DNA from: a virus
Taxonomy: Duplodnaviria > Caudoviricetes
Direction: 5' to 3' (one strand)
IMG/VR virus record: IMGVR_UViG_3300031555_001762
DNA: 64,000 nucleotides
This document shows positions 50,001 to 59,765 of this stretch, in pieces. The notes under the pieces were generated by a model. The model made no database searches. It was not told the origin of the DNA and saw nothing but the letters and a program-made list of their open reading frames with translations. Numbering within the stretch: the first letter of the stretch is position 1; each line of letters opens with the position of its first letter. Made by a program: the position numbers and the translations under genes.

Positions 50001-53000
50001 AGTGGGCGGTACCGTCAGCTACATTTCCCTTAATATTGTTAATGGCATTTTGAACACCTTCAATACCTCTTGAAATGACGCTAACCGTAATATTCTTTAA
50101 CGTTGGCAAATTTGAAAGTGCTGTTTTTAATTCATCAACTTTATTTTGACCCTCGACACTTGCGACAGCTTCCACATAATTTGAATCCATGCTGTCAACA
50201 GCATTTCTCAGGCTGTCAACATCATCAATTCCATATGCTTGTGCTATTGCCTCAACAACTTTCGGGTCTAAATTGTCAATCGCACCACAAAGAGCATTAA
50301 CATCGTCATGACCAAAAGCTTTCGCAATAGCAGTCGCCGTTGTTTCATCTGGGATGTTCAACAACGCAGCTTTTAACGCTTCTACATCGCCAGAGCCAAT
50401 AGCTTCGGCAATTGCCTGCACATGTTCATCTTCTAGATTATTCATCGCAGTCTGCAATTGCTCAACGTCAACATTGCCAATTACCTCAGCCATTGCTATA
50501 ATAGTCTGGTCTTCCAATCCATCGAGATTGACTTTTAGCCCTTCAACATCGTCTTGACCCTCAACTTTTGGAGATATAACGGGTTCAACTTTGTCACCAT
50601 TCAACCATGACTCAATAGCCGTACCTTTGAGACCGTCGCCCGTATTATTTAATAAACGTGCAATATCGTCAATATTGGTGCCAGCAACATCTTCTATTTC
50701 ATTAGACGAGCCTTCGGATGAACCTTCATTTTCATCCTCTTTATCAGTTCTCCATCTCCTGTCGAAATCTTCTTGTTTCATATACCCGTGTTCTAAGAAC
50801 AAGAGGTCTACTAATTTAGACAGATTTTCGTTGATGTTCGCTTCTAGGTTTAGCACTCCATCTATTTCAATTTCTCCAGCTTCAACCTTTTCGCGAATTT
50901 CATCTTCTGATAATCCATCTATCCCTAATTCAATCTTGGCTTCTTCACCAAGAGTTGAAAGATAGACGATTATATCATCAAGTTGTTGCTGAACCTCGGT
51001 AATATCTTTGCCTTCGATAATCAACTGATGTTTCTTTGCTAAAAGCTCATCATACTCTTTTAATTTCTTAAGAGGGTCTTTCAAAGAGTCTTTGACTTGA
51101 CTTGCATCAACAGACATATAAGCTGGATTGTCAAGCGCATCAACCATTGATTGAAGCGTTTGTGCAACAGTAAGAGCTTCCTGAGCGCCCTTAATAGGCT
51201 CGCCATTTTCATCATATAAACTAATGGTTCCATCTTCATTTCTGAAACCATCGAGAATATCTAATGCGCTGTCAAGATCTTTGAGAAGACTGTCAGAGTC
51301 TGTTGTTTCAAAATTGAATGTAATATCGGTAAAACCTTCATCTTTTAAAACCTCATTGGCCTTTTTAGCCTCTTCGACTAACCCTTGAAACTTGGATTCA
51401 ACCATTCCAAGTTGCTCAGCCATAGAACCATAGTTAACTTCAAATCCAACTGCATTCTGAAGACCTTGAAGCATAAGTTCAACAGTGGATACATTTGTGC
51501 CTAATTCTTTTGCGGCAGCATCCATATCATCAACATTTATACTCCAAGTATCAGATGCCTTATCATAGACAGCCCATGACTTTCCAACGCCTTCGCCAGC
51601 TTTTTCCAAATCTTCTAAGAAGTTGTAATAACCATCAACCGTAGCATTATCATCTTCATCGAATGTAAACCAGTCAAGCGGGGAGAACTTTCTATTATGC
51701 GCATTTCTCCAAACCTTCATATATTCATCGTATGACTTACCTGTTAGGTCTTCATACGAGAGCATTTGAATATATGCTCTGTCAGCTTCGCTAAAGAATC
51801 CACCTTCAAGACTTTTCTTCGTTTGCTCATATGCTGTTTTACCAATATTGGCATATAAATCATTTGCTTCTTCTGTTGTCTGAGCGTTCAAATAATTATT
51901 AATCGAAGATGTGAGAGCTTCATACGCAGCAGAAAGATTGTATACTTCTTCAATCTTGTCTCTAATTTCATTCTGCTCATTAAGAAGATTCTCTCTTTCG
52001 ATAACGTTGTTGCATGAATCAATTTCACTTGTCAAATCATTATACTTCTTGACGAGAGTTTTTAGCGTATCTTCGGTTTTCTGCTTATTAAGCTCTGCAT
52101 ACTCGCCTTCTAATCTTGTAAGCTCATCATAGTTCAATCTTATGCCATTTGCAGTCCTCTCGAACAAAGCTTCTGGGTTGAAACTATCGAGTTCGGCATA
52201 CCTATCCTTTAACTTGCCTATACTTTCGGATGTAAGGCCAGTGGCTGAAATCGTTTCTTCTAATGCTGTGTTAAGAGCATCAATGCTTTCGGTCTCTGCT
52301 TCTATATTTATTTCAAAGCTCATAGCATCAGCTATAGCGGCTTCTTCTTCTACGACCTTTCTAAATTCATCGGCAGTAATATTGCTAAAGTCAATTTCTC
52401 CAGAATTAATAATATCGACCGCTACTTGGACTTCTGAGGCAGATAAACCACTTAGAAACTCTTCCGCTTCACTTACGTCCATCTGTATAGAATATTCATT
52501 AGATGTCAATTTTTCTTTGATAGCGTTGTATTCCTCGTTAACCTCATCATAATTTAACGTCAACTTTAATTGGGATACGATATCTTCATCAAGCCCCATG
52601 TTCTCAATGAGATTCACAGCGCTTTCAAGTCCATCTCTATATTCCTTATAGGTAATATCGCCACTTGCAAATTGAGTCGATAAATCAAAAGCGTTTTTAA
52701 AGCGTCCTGCGCTTATAGCGTCAAGATTATTAATTGCACTCAATATTCTATTGACATAATCTAGAACAGCATCTTCGCCACCAGCTTTATTAAGCTCAAT
52801 GATAAGTTCAGAATCAATACTGCCAACTATGTTTTGAGCAAGAGCCTGAGCTTCGCTATCAATGTTTTTATAATCGCCTCTTAAAAACGCATTTTCCATA
52901 TGGGCATTAATAGCTTGACGCATTTCCTGCGTAGCTGAATCCATCTCCCCATTCATGCTATTGACGATTTCTCGTGCAACTTCTGGATGTTGTTTGCATG

Positions 53001-56000
53001 CCTCTTCAATAAATTTATTCCATGTATTTTCTGAAGACCAAATTTCTGGCATTTTTATGCCATCTAATTCAATACCTCTTTCTTCAAAGGCGTTTTTCAA
53101 TAAGTTTCCTATTTGATAAGGATTGGGAGCATATTCACTTATAACATCACTGTTTATTTCAGGCGAACTTAAGATTTTTTCTAATATTTCTACTGCTGAA
53201 CTGCCACTTGCCGCAAGCTCATCATAACTATTATTAAGATCTTTTGAAATATCTCTAATACCCTTATAATTTTCGCCATCGCCATTTAAAAGCGCATTGT
53301 TTTGCTCTATGATTAAATTTCTATATGCCTCTGTCAATACATTGACATCATCGGCACAATTAAGAATCGCATTTCCATGTTGATCATATCCAGCAACAAG
53401 AGACGGAGCCATCTCAGCTATTTGATTGACAACCTCCTGATACTCTTCATACTCATCTGTTGTCAAGCTTTTATTTGCACCAGTAAGTTTATAAACGCCT
53501 TTCGATAATTTAGAATAACTTTCTGCCAAATCATCAAAAGTTGATTGGTTCTTTTTTAATTCATCATGCTGGTCTTTATATGAAGTAGTTGCATCTTCAA
53601 CAGTTTGGGCAAGTTCTTTTTTGGCATTGATTAACTTTGTTATTCCAGAAATAACGGCTGTTATGGCAAACATTATGCCCATAGTCATAACCATGTTCAA
53701 AGCAGATAATGCCATCTGGGTTCCAAATGCGGCAACCTTAGATGCTTTCAAAGAGTTGGTGAAGTCATTCACAGCCACTGTGCCATTTGCAATCTGATTT
53801 CCCATGTTTTTACCAGCAACAGTTGCTTTTGTCATGGTAGAAGCCCAAGCTTGTTCAACTGGGATGCCCCTTTTAACTTGATCGACAAAGCTTGTTATAT
53901 ACCCAACGTCTTTCTTTGTAATGCCATTATTGCTGTTCATTCCGCTAAACAAAGCGGTAAACATGCCTTGACCAGACTTCATATCGGTTCTAATATCCGC
54001 AAATGATTTTTGGAACAAACCAAATCCATTTGCAACGCCAGCAAGTCCTGTTAAATTAGTCTTGAATGTGTTTAAAAATCCAAGGTTCTTAAATGATAAT
54101 CCAGCTGCAACCATGCCCAAAATAGCGGGAAGAGAACCGAAAGCATCTACAATTCCAGTACCAACATCAAGTAATTTAGTCGCAAATGAAATAAGAGTCT
54201 TTAAACCATCTGATTTCATCATTTCTGTTGAGAACGCCTGCCAAGCAGCAGTCAGTCTATCCAAATAACCCTGAACGCTGTTAAGGTATTTTTCATTTTC
54301 CCTAGCAGCACTTCCCTCTGCTTCTGTTGCGGATAGTGTGGCTTGCTCAACTCTGTCCCAGTTAGAAATCAATGCAGCAACATCGTTCGCCCTGTGTTTG
54401 CCAGCGATAGTCTCAAGCAATGTTGCCTGATCGATAGATGACAAATCATCATATACCTCTGCAATTCCCTGCATAATTTCATATGTTGATTTGAAATTGC
54501 CGTTATCATCGAAAATGTTAACTCTTCCTTGGGTCATGTTTAAAATCTGACCCTGCATCTTGGAAATGTTCTCTACATTTTCGTCAGTTTCCTCTCCAAG
54601 CTCTTCGAGCTGGCCTTTCATTCCTCGCAAACGAAGAGAAAGAATTTTCATGGCAGAACCAGATTTTTCAGCATCCTGAGTAACTTCGGTAATGCCAGTA
54701 ACCATAGCGGCAGATTCTTGAATGGAGTTGCCGCCGATATCAAGAGCAGACGCGCATCGTGTCAATGCGGCACCAACTTGTTCAGCACTGATTGCGTAGT
54801 TGTTGCCTAATTCGTTGAAGATGTCTGCAACGTATTCAACAGCAGCCGCCTCATCGCCGCTATATAAATTTAACAGCTCATTTTTAAAGCCGTTGTATGC
54901 AGTAACCAAGTTTTCGGTTGCAGTTTCAACATCCAAGTCTGAAACGTGCTGGTACATAGTTGTAATTTCAGAAAGCTTCATCGCAACGCTGGCATCAAAG
55001 CCTAATCTAGCCCAAGATGCTGTGCCTTCAATAATATCAGCAAGCGCAGAACCATATTCTTTTGCAGACTTTATCATACCATCATACATGTTGCTATATT
55101 CAGCAGATGTCAAATCAGTAACACGATAAAGCTCCGTCATTGCCTTGTCTACATCTTTAACTGCCTGATACATATTCCTTATGCCCAATGTAACCTGCAT
55201 AAAGACTGATGCAACGCCGAAATATGAAACGTATCTCTTTAGCTGAGCGCCAAGTCTGTCGCCAAAATTCAAACCAGCGACACCAGCTATCTGAGCTTGC
55301 TTTCTTAATTCGGCAAATTCAGAACGAAGATGTTTAAGCTGTGTTGCATCGCAACTTTGAATCTTTGCCTTTAACTCACTTAACTGAGCACCAAATTGTT
55401 TGGTGGCAGCGGAATTGTTCTTCATCCAAAGCTCAATAGATGACATTAGAGAAGAACGACCAGCTAACAGAAGTTGATTTTGCGAAGCAGCAGCTTTTTG
55501 CAGTCTGCTATCGTATAAAACAACGCTAGATGCAACATTTTTCAAAGCCGCACCAGTTTGCTGTGATTGCGCTGCAAGTTCTTTCTCTGATAATGTTAAT
55601 TTCTCAGTTAGGGTAACAGCCCTGCCAATAGAATCTACTCCGCTAATAGTGACGTTGACTCTATTGCCATTCATCTTGGCAGTAACTTTAGTTAGCTCAA
55701 TATCCATTTTCCCAAGCTTGTTAGTTACCGTATCTATAGATTTTGAACTAAGTCCAAGATTGCTCAAACCACTTCTTAGTTTATTAATTTGAGCGGCAGC
55801 AGGCTGAAAACTTACTCTTCCAAGAGAGCCAACTGCTTGGGCTGCAACCCTAGCAGAACTAGAAATATTATTTAAACCAGATGAAACACCAGATAAATTG
55901 CTGCCCTTGCCAATGCTGTTGATATTATTTTTAACATTCTTAAGAGCTTTATTGGCCTGTGTATCATCTACGCCAACCTTAATATTTCCAGCTTTTGTTT

Positions 56001-56082
56001 GGTTTAACTGACCTCTCAACCTAGCCAAGCTTTTCATATCAAGCTGTACGCCAACTATAGCTGTAAATTTATCCATTGTCAT
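47059..56082 (-). CDS. Tape measure protein (~3007 aa)
   Basis: TP901-type core (DKAMTEL.RVT, GNNYAIS, G.A.K.LS.RLRG, LLETIAGK), long helical body, Ser linker, C-terminal SH3-like segment; start moved to ATG 56082. Confidence 0.93.
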   Translation of the reverse strand: MTMDKFTAIVGVQLDMKSLARLRGQLNQTKAGNIKVGVDDTQANKALKNVKNNINSIGKGSNLSGVSSGLNNISSSARVAAQAVGSLGRVSFQPAAAQINKLRSGLSNLGLSSKSIDTVTNKLGKMDIELTKVTAKMNGNRVNVTISGVDSIGRAVTLTEKLTLSEKELAAQSQQTGAALKNVASSVVLYDSRLQKAAASQNQLLLAGRSSLMSSIELWMKNNSAATKQFGAQLSELKAKIQSCDATQLKHLRSEFAELRKQAQIAGVAGLNFGDRLGAQLKRYVSYFGVASVFMQVTLGIRNMYQAVKDVDKAMTELYRVTDLTSAEYSNMYDGMIKSAKEYGSALADIIEGTASWARLGFDASVAMKLSEITTMYQHVSDLDVETATENLVTAYNGFKNELLNLYSGDEAAAVEYVADIFNELGNNYAISAEQVGAALTRCASALDIGGNSIQESAAMVTGITEVTQDAEKSGSAMKILSLRLRGMKGQLEELGEETDENVENISKMQGQILNMTQGRVNIFDDNGNFKSTYEIMQGIAEVYDDLSSIDQATLLETIAGKHRANDVAALISNWDRVEQATLSATEAEGSAARENEKYLNSVQGYLDRLTAAWQAFSTEMMKSDGLKTLISFATKLLDVGTGIVDAFGSLPAILGMVAAGLSFKNLGFLNTFKTNLTGLAGVANGFGLFQKSFADIRTDMKSGQGMFTALFSGMNSNNGITKKDVGYITSFVDQVKRGIPVEQAWASTMTKATVAGKNMGNQIANGTVAVNDFTNSLKASKVAAFGTQMALSALNMVMTMGIMFAITAVISGITKLINAKKELAQTVEDATTSYKDQHDELKKNQSTFDDLAESYSKLSKGVYKLTGANKSLTTDEYEEYQEVVNQIAEMAPSLVAGYDQHGNAILNCADDVNVLTEAYRNLIIEQNNALLNGDGENYKGIRDISKDLNNSYDELAASGSSAVEILEKILSSPEINSDVISEYAPNPYQIGNLLKNAFEERGIELDGIKMPEIWSSENTWNKFIEEACKQHPEVAREIVNSMNGEMDSATQEMRQAINAHMENAFLRGDYKNIDSEAQALAQNIVGSIDSELIIELNKAGGEDAVLDYVNRILSAINNLDAISAGRFKNAFDLSTQFASGDITYKEYRDGLESAVNLIENMGLDEDIVSQLKLTLNYDEVNEEYNAIKEKLTSNEYSIQMDVSEAEEFLSGLSASEVQVAVDIINSGEIDFSNITADEFRKVVEEEAAIADAMSFEINIEAETESIDALNTALEETISATGLTSESIGKLKDRYAELDSFNPEALFERTANGIRLNYDELTRLEGEYAELNKQKTEDTLKTLVKKYNDLTSEIDSCNNVIERENLLNEQNEIRDKIEEVYNLSAAYEALTSSINNYLNAQTTEEANDLYANIGKTAYEQTKKSLEGGFFSEADRAYIQMLSYEDLTGKSYDEYMKVWRNAHNRKFSPLDWFTFDEDDNATVDGYYNFLEDLEKAGEGVGKSWAVYDKASDTWSINVDDMDAAAKELGTNVSTVELMLQGLQNAVGFEVNYGSMAEQLGMVESKFQGLVEEAKKANEVLKDEGFTDITFNFETTDSDSLLKDLDSALDILDGFRNEDGTISLYDENGEPIKGAQEALTVAQTLQSMVDALDNPAYMSVDASQVKDSLKDPLKKLKEYDELLAKKHQLIIEGKDITEVQQQLDDIIVYLSTLGEEAKIELGIDGLSEDEIREKVEAGEIEIDGVLNLEANINENLSKLVDLLFLEHGYMKQEDFDRRWRTDKEDENEGSSEGSSNEIEDVAGTNIDDIARLLNNTGDGLKGTAIESWLNGDKVEPVISPKVEGQDDVEGLKVNLDGLEDQTIIAMAEVIGNVDVEQLQTAMNNLEDEHVQAIAEAIGSGDVEALKAALLNIPDETTATAIAKAFGHDDVNALCGAIDNLDPKVVEAIAQAYGIDDVDSLRNAVDSMDSNYVEAVASVEGQNKVDELKTALSNLPTLKNITVSVISRGIEGVQNAINNIKGNVADGTAHSNGTAFAEGTVGRAFKQGNWGIKGSGTALVGELGQELVVRDGRFFTVGDNGAEFFDYKPNDIVFNAGQTKQLFEQGKIVNGKARGRAVAGGTAFAGGNATSSGLAFVEKIIETSATGSGRSSTRTTSATGSGRGNSSTSSSSSSSSSSSSKNSKSSSSSSSKEVDEFKEKIDWIEVAIDRIERAINRLDLKANSIFKKWSARNSNLVKEISKVREEIELQEAGYERYLQEANSVGLSEDYAAKVRNGEIDIETITNEDLKEKIDEYRQWYEKALDCKDAIDELKETEAELHVQRFEHIQTEYEGILSLIEAEKDLLEEYVNQAETRAWLVSAEYYKALVHTEEDNLAQLKAEEAALLRTFNEIMDSGTVDETSEQWVELCDSINEVTLAIAESETQLLEYKQILQQLDWEVFDIIQDRISKVVEESEFLIDLMSSDKLYSDKGQLTDSGMATMGLHGVNYNVYMNQADQYAKQIAELEKELAEDPFDQDLADRYYELIEAQQDMISSAQDSKEAIRDMVEEGINLELEALDELIEKRNEALDSQRDLYDYQKKVKEQTEEIAALEKQMAAYRGDTSEETKAKVQELKVSLEEAKQDLEETEYDRYIADQQKMLDELYEEYETILNERLDNLDMLVSDMILQINDNAASISGTISDEADAVGYELSEAMKTIWNAQSFTDTSNSINNVITTYGDKFLNSMTTTNAALSDISTNIASMIGQLNKIAGTKVKSAQQTAADKAAEEARKAAEEAKKKEEANKPATTKPSTVTAGDGTPKVGDKVKFVSGKYYLDSYGKAPVGSQHLGKEVYITHINPKGSYPYHISTGSKLGNGDLGWLKLNQISGYASGKKNFLSDETAWTQENGQEYIIRPSDGAILTPLAKGDSVLNAAASSNLWNMANSPAEFIKDNLGIGNVNAHYGSGAATSVEQNFEQIVFSMPNVRNYEEMIAQMKKDKNFQRLIDSMGVDQLAGKSSLRKGKSIR
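49555..49584. repeat. (ACTAGA)5 microsatellite encoding poly-Ser in TMP
   Basis: Five tandem in-frame hexamers. Confidence 0.9.
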
Positions 56083-56216
56083 ATTCAAATCACCTCTTTT
56101 CACACAAAAAGTGCATTAAAAAATGCACCTTTTATGAAGGTGCAATAACTTTAAAATTTATTACCAAATAAGATATTTAAATTTCAAACCAGCATAAACA
56201 AATGTTTATAAATTAT

Positions 56217-57251
56217 TTATATTTTATTTTCCTCTAAAGCACTTTTCAGATTGCTCAAATTTTTCCATTTACGATCTGCTGCCGTCATATCATTGTAAAT
56301 GCCAACCATACTATGACCAGTGCTTTCAGACCATCCAGTAAGATAAACGATAAAATCATCTTCTAACTCAAGTCTTTTTAAAAATGTAATATGATAATGT
56401 CGTAACCCGTGCGGATAACACGGCTGACCAACAATATTACCCCATTCGGCTATCCAGTCTCTAAGCCTATCAGCATTTGCTGGATTTCCATCCTTGGTCA
56501 CGAAGATATAGTTATGGTCTTGTTTCTCATTGCCAACAATATCTTTTCTTATAGTTAACCATTTATGATAGTGGGGAAGGAAGAGGTCTTTTAAAATATA
56601 TTTTTTAAGCATTTTGCCATTGGTTCCTCTGCCCTTAGTTGCAATCTCTTCTGTGGTTTCCAAAAACAACCCATCAAAAACGACATTGTTTTCGTCTATT
56701 AAGTCGATGGTGAATCTAGCAAGTTCTGAAACTCTTGCTCCACATGATATTGCAAGGGCTAAGAGACACGCCTCTTGAAACATATTATTATCTTCAAAAT
56801 AATTGAATAATTTATCTATATCTTCCTTTTGAAGAACTGTTTTCTTTCTAATATTTTCCTTTACTGGCTTTTCAATTTTTGGAAGAAGATTACGAAACAT
56901 AGGATAGTCCTCATCGTAAAAATTTTCCACCCAAGCACTAAAACTAGATAGGCTGCTATGACATTGTGCAAATCTGTTACTTGACCATTGCAGTTCCGTC
57001 ACAGCGTAATCGAAGAAATCCATAAGCTCTCTCTTTTTAATATCTACAAAAAGCTTATTGTCATTCTCCAATAAATTCCACGTAAAGAATATACGCAAAT
57101 TCGACCTATAGCTTGTAACAGAATTAGGAGAGCGTTTAGTGGCAAAATTCTTCAAAAATCTCTCAGCCAACTTAATATTCTCTGGGTTAATCTGTGCATC
57201 TAGTTCTTCGCTTGTTATTACTTTTCTATATGTCTTACGCCTTTTTGCCAT
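56217..57251 (-). CDS. Tyrosine recombinase (Cre/Xer-like, no arm-binding domain; same position as SPbeta yomM)
   Basis: CGARVSE, TKGRG, HGLRH, TGW, IYND. Confidence 0.9.
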   Translation of the reverse strand: MAKRRKTYRKVITSEELDAQINPENIKLAERFLKNFATKRSPNSVTSYRSNLRIFFTWNLLENDNKLFVDIKKRELMDFFDYAVTELQWSSNRFAQCHSSLSSFSAWVENFYDEDYPMFRNLLPKIEKPVKENIRKKTVLQKEDIDKLFNYFEDNNMFQEACLLALAISCGARVSELARFTIDLIDENNVVFDGLFLETTEEIATKGRGTNGKMLKKYILKDLFLPHYHKWLTIRKDIVGNEKQDHNYIFVTKDGNPANADRLRDWIAEWGNIVGQPCYPHGLRHYHITFLKRLELEDDFIVYLTGWSESTGHSMVGIYNDMTAADRKWKNLSNLKSALEENKI

Positions 57252-57282
57252 AATCGCACCTCCTTTTAAAAGTGCAAATTAA

Positions 57283-57319
57283 AACGCTGGTATTTCTAAA
57301 TAACAGAAATACCAGCGTT
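57283..57319. repeat. Perfect 15-bp inverted repeat with 7-bp spacer
   Basis: AACGCTGGTATTTCT-AAATAAC-AGAAATACCAGCGTT. Confidence 0.9.
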
Positions 57320-57754
57320 ATTCAATTCTCTTTTTAATATAGTTAATACCTCTGCATCTAAAATAGGCTTACTTTCAGTCCAAATTTTAGTGGGGTTTCT
57401 CCAAGTTTTAGTCTTTGCTCCAAGCATCGCGGCATTCAAAACGGTCTCTCCATCCCAAGTAGCATATCCGTATCCTCCGCCCTTCAAAGGAACCTGACCT
57501 TGCGGATAGTCAAGCCCACTGGTATCGAAATACACTTTTGCAATCCAACCATTGCCAGTTGACTCGACCACTGGATGAACCAATGATCTCAGCAAACGTT
57601 CCGTTCTGATATAGTAATCAGGCTCGAAACCATAGTATTTCTCTAGAACATCATGAATAATATCGTATGCCTTTCCTGCCGCTATTGCAGTCGCCGTATG
57701 ACTTCTTGCCAAAATATACGCTTTTATTTCATCTATGTTTCTAAACTCAGCCAT
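57296..57754 (-). CDS. Putative tail completion protein
   Basis: Y.P.YY.RT..L motif; position in the tail operon. Confidence 0.55.
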   Translation of the reverse strand: MAEFRNIDEIKAYILARSHTATAIAAGKAYDIIHDVLEKYYGFEPDYYIRTERLLRSLVHPVVESTGNGWIAKVYFDTSGLDYPQGQVPLKGGGYGYATWDGETVLNAAMLGAKTKTWRNPTKIWTESKPILDAEVLTILKRELNNAGISVI

Positions 57755-57759
57755 ATCGA

Positions 57760-58332
57760 TTATTTCCCGTTTTTATACATGTTTGATTTCTCATATGCTT
57801 CAAGCAAGTTTGACATGGTGAACTCATCGGAAATGCCTCCAAGCATGCTTATAGCATCCATTAGATTTTGTCCGTCCATATTGAAATCTCCAACTTTCTT
57901 CTCAAAAGCGTCAATAAGTCTAGCAAGAGATTCGTTAATTGGGTTTCTATGAATTCCAGTACGATATTCAATGTTTAAATCTAGAGATTTCTCAAGTTCT
58001 TCGATAATGCCGCATTCATCATTTTTCTTTACGATTTCAACGATATTAGTTCCGTAAACCATATTTTCCATTTCTCCGAGAACATCAATATCGGAACCAT
58101 CGTTTTCTTCATTGTCGTAAATCCAAGATGTATACACATCTGTGAAAACATCAATTATAAAGAAATCTACGAGCAAGCTTCTCAATACGCTATTATAGTT
58201 TTCTCCGATAAGCAGGTTGCTAATCGAGTTCACAAAATACACCTTTTCACCAGCAGAAAGATATGTTTTAAATTCAAACATATGGTCTTCGCCATTATAA
58301 GTGTATATACCATTCTTATCATACTTGTTCAT
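57760..58332 (-). CDS. Hypothetical protein (possible tail assembly chaperone)
   Basis: RBS AGGAGTG before ATG 58332; acidic; lies between tube and TMP. Confidence 0.6.
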   Translation of the reverse strand: MNKYDKNGIYTYNGEDHMFEFKTYLSAGEKVYFVNSISNLLIGENYNSVLRSLLVDFFIIDVFTDVYTSWIYDNEENDGSDIDVLGEMENMVYGTNIVEIVKKNDECGIIEELEKSLDLNIEYRTGIHRNPINESLARLIDAFEKKVGDFNMDGQNLMDAISMLGGISDEFTMSNLLEAYEKSNMYKNGK

Positions 58333-58342
58333 ATTATCACTC

Positions 58343-58894
58343 CTATTCACACTTTGATTTATCGTCATTTACATCTTTTAAAAACGAATCGAGATCCCAA
58401 CGATATCTTGTTCGTTTTTTCTCTCCGTAAATACGCTTCGCATGATTAGTTAGCAAATCCAACTCGTTAAAGCTATGCTTGCCAATGTCATTAATCATAT
58501 CCATAAACGACTTTATACCTTGAAAATATGTTCTTTCTATATTATTTTTTTCATCACGAAAATTAAAAAGAAATCCAGCCGTTACGCCGTTAACTTTAGA
58601 CATATCGAGCAATCCAAGAATCTGATGCTTATGCACCATTCTACTTTCTTGTTCGTCTGTGTCTATGTTTTCAAATGAAATGCTTTTATATTTTGTTGTC
58701 TTTAATTCAATGGGGAAGAGCGTTCTAGATATGCCATCAAACAATATGTAATCACATGGGTTTTTAACTGAAAATCTAGTATCGCTTCTTTTCGTAAAAG
58801 AATGAGGCGGGTCTGGAAGTCTAATTAAAAGGCAATAATCTGGAACAGAACTTTTTACATCTTCTTCGAAACGTTTGCCCACATTTTTAGACAT
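58343..58894 (-). CDS. recU: RecU-family Holliday junction resolvase
   Basis: GKRFEE, CDY, IELKTT, HQI..L, GFLFNF. Confidence 0.8.
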   Translation of the reverse strand: MSKNVGKRFEEDVKSSVPDYCLLIRLPDPPHSFTKRSDTRFSVKNPCDYILFDGISRTLFPIELKTTKYKSISFENIDTDEQESRMVHKHQILGLLDMSKVNGVTAGFLFNFRDEKNNIERTYFQGIKSFMDMINDIGKHSFNELDLLTNHAKRIYGEKKRTRYRWDLDSFLKDVNDDKSKCE

Positions 58895-59117
58895 TATCAT
58901 CAACTCTATCGTTGTTATTTCTAGTTCCCCATCTATCACGATATTTCATATGGTCAGACTTTCTAAAAACACATACTAGCTTATGGTCTCCTCCAGTAAA
59001 AATATCTACCAATTCAGCTCCCCATTCGATGTAGTATGCAGACTGAATGCAATTCCTAAAGAAAACGCAATCTTCTGCCTCATACACCTTTCCAGTAATT
59101 TCACTCATAGTCTTCAT
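58887..59117 (-). CDS. Small hypothetical protein
   Basis: RBS AAAGG; overlaps the recU start. Confidence 0.65.
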   Translation of the reverse strand: MKTMSEITGKVYEAEDCVFFRNCIQSAYYIEWGAELVDIFTGGDHKLVCVFRKSDHMKYRDRWGTRNNNDRVDDNV

Positions 59118-59171
59118 ACAATCACTTTACCTTTGCTTTTCATATTTCTACATCTTTCTTTGCGAAAATGT

Positions 59172-59217
59172 AAAAAAAAGGGAAACATTAAAACACTTTA
59201 GCGAATAATGTTTCCCT
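59172..59217 (-). terminator. Rho-independent terminator
   Basis: AGGGAAACATTA...TAATGTTTCCCT then T run on - strand. Confidence 0.7.
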
Positions 59218-59289
59218 CCTTATTTATTCAAATATTTACAAACACTATTCACACAAAACTATGTGAGAACAGGGTTAATCATATTCTCA

Positions 59290-59691
59290 CTACTCTGCCT
59301 TAAAATCAATAAATTCAAGGTTCTTTTTCTTACGGTTATTATATAAAGGAGCAGAAACAACTTCGGCAACTGGCTCTTCAGCTCGTTCTTGAATCGTCTC
59401 TGTAACTTTGACATTCTTTTTGTCTTCCTTCATAATATCTTTGATAATCTTCTTGATGTTATCTCGAAGCTCACCAAGGTCAGATAAATCAATGGCGTTC
59501 AACTTTTCCTTGGCCTCCGACTTAGTGTAAACACCAGTATTATAACCGCGAATCACCTGAAAAATCTTGTAATGCTCAGATGTATCGGTATAATGTTTCC
59601 ACGGCGTAGCCTTGATTTCAGATTGGCAGCTAAGACACTTATAATATCCTTTGCCGCAAATAGAGCAGGTAGCATTAATTTTCTCTGCCAT
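59290..59691 (-). CDS. Zn-finger-containing hypothetical protein
   Basis: CSICGK.Y..C.SC; follows the tail tube gene. Confidence 0.7.
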   Translation of the reverse strand: MAEKINATCSICGKGYYKCLSCQSEIKATPWKHYTDTSEHYKIFQVIRGYNTGVYTKSEAKEKLNAIDLSDLGELRDNIKKIIKDIMKEDKKNVKVTETIQERAEEPVAEVVSAPLYNNRKKKNLEFIDFKAE

Positions 59692-59765
59692 AACAATCAC
59701 CTCCATTCAGCAGAGCAACAAGGGAGGGTGATAAGCCGCCCTCCCTCATCACTGCTATAGGAAAG

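Noticed and set aside
57296-59691. Programmed frameshift in tail chaperones
   Set aside because: No convincing slippery site with an overlapping frame; the ORFs have their own starts
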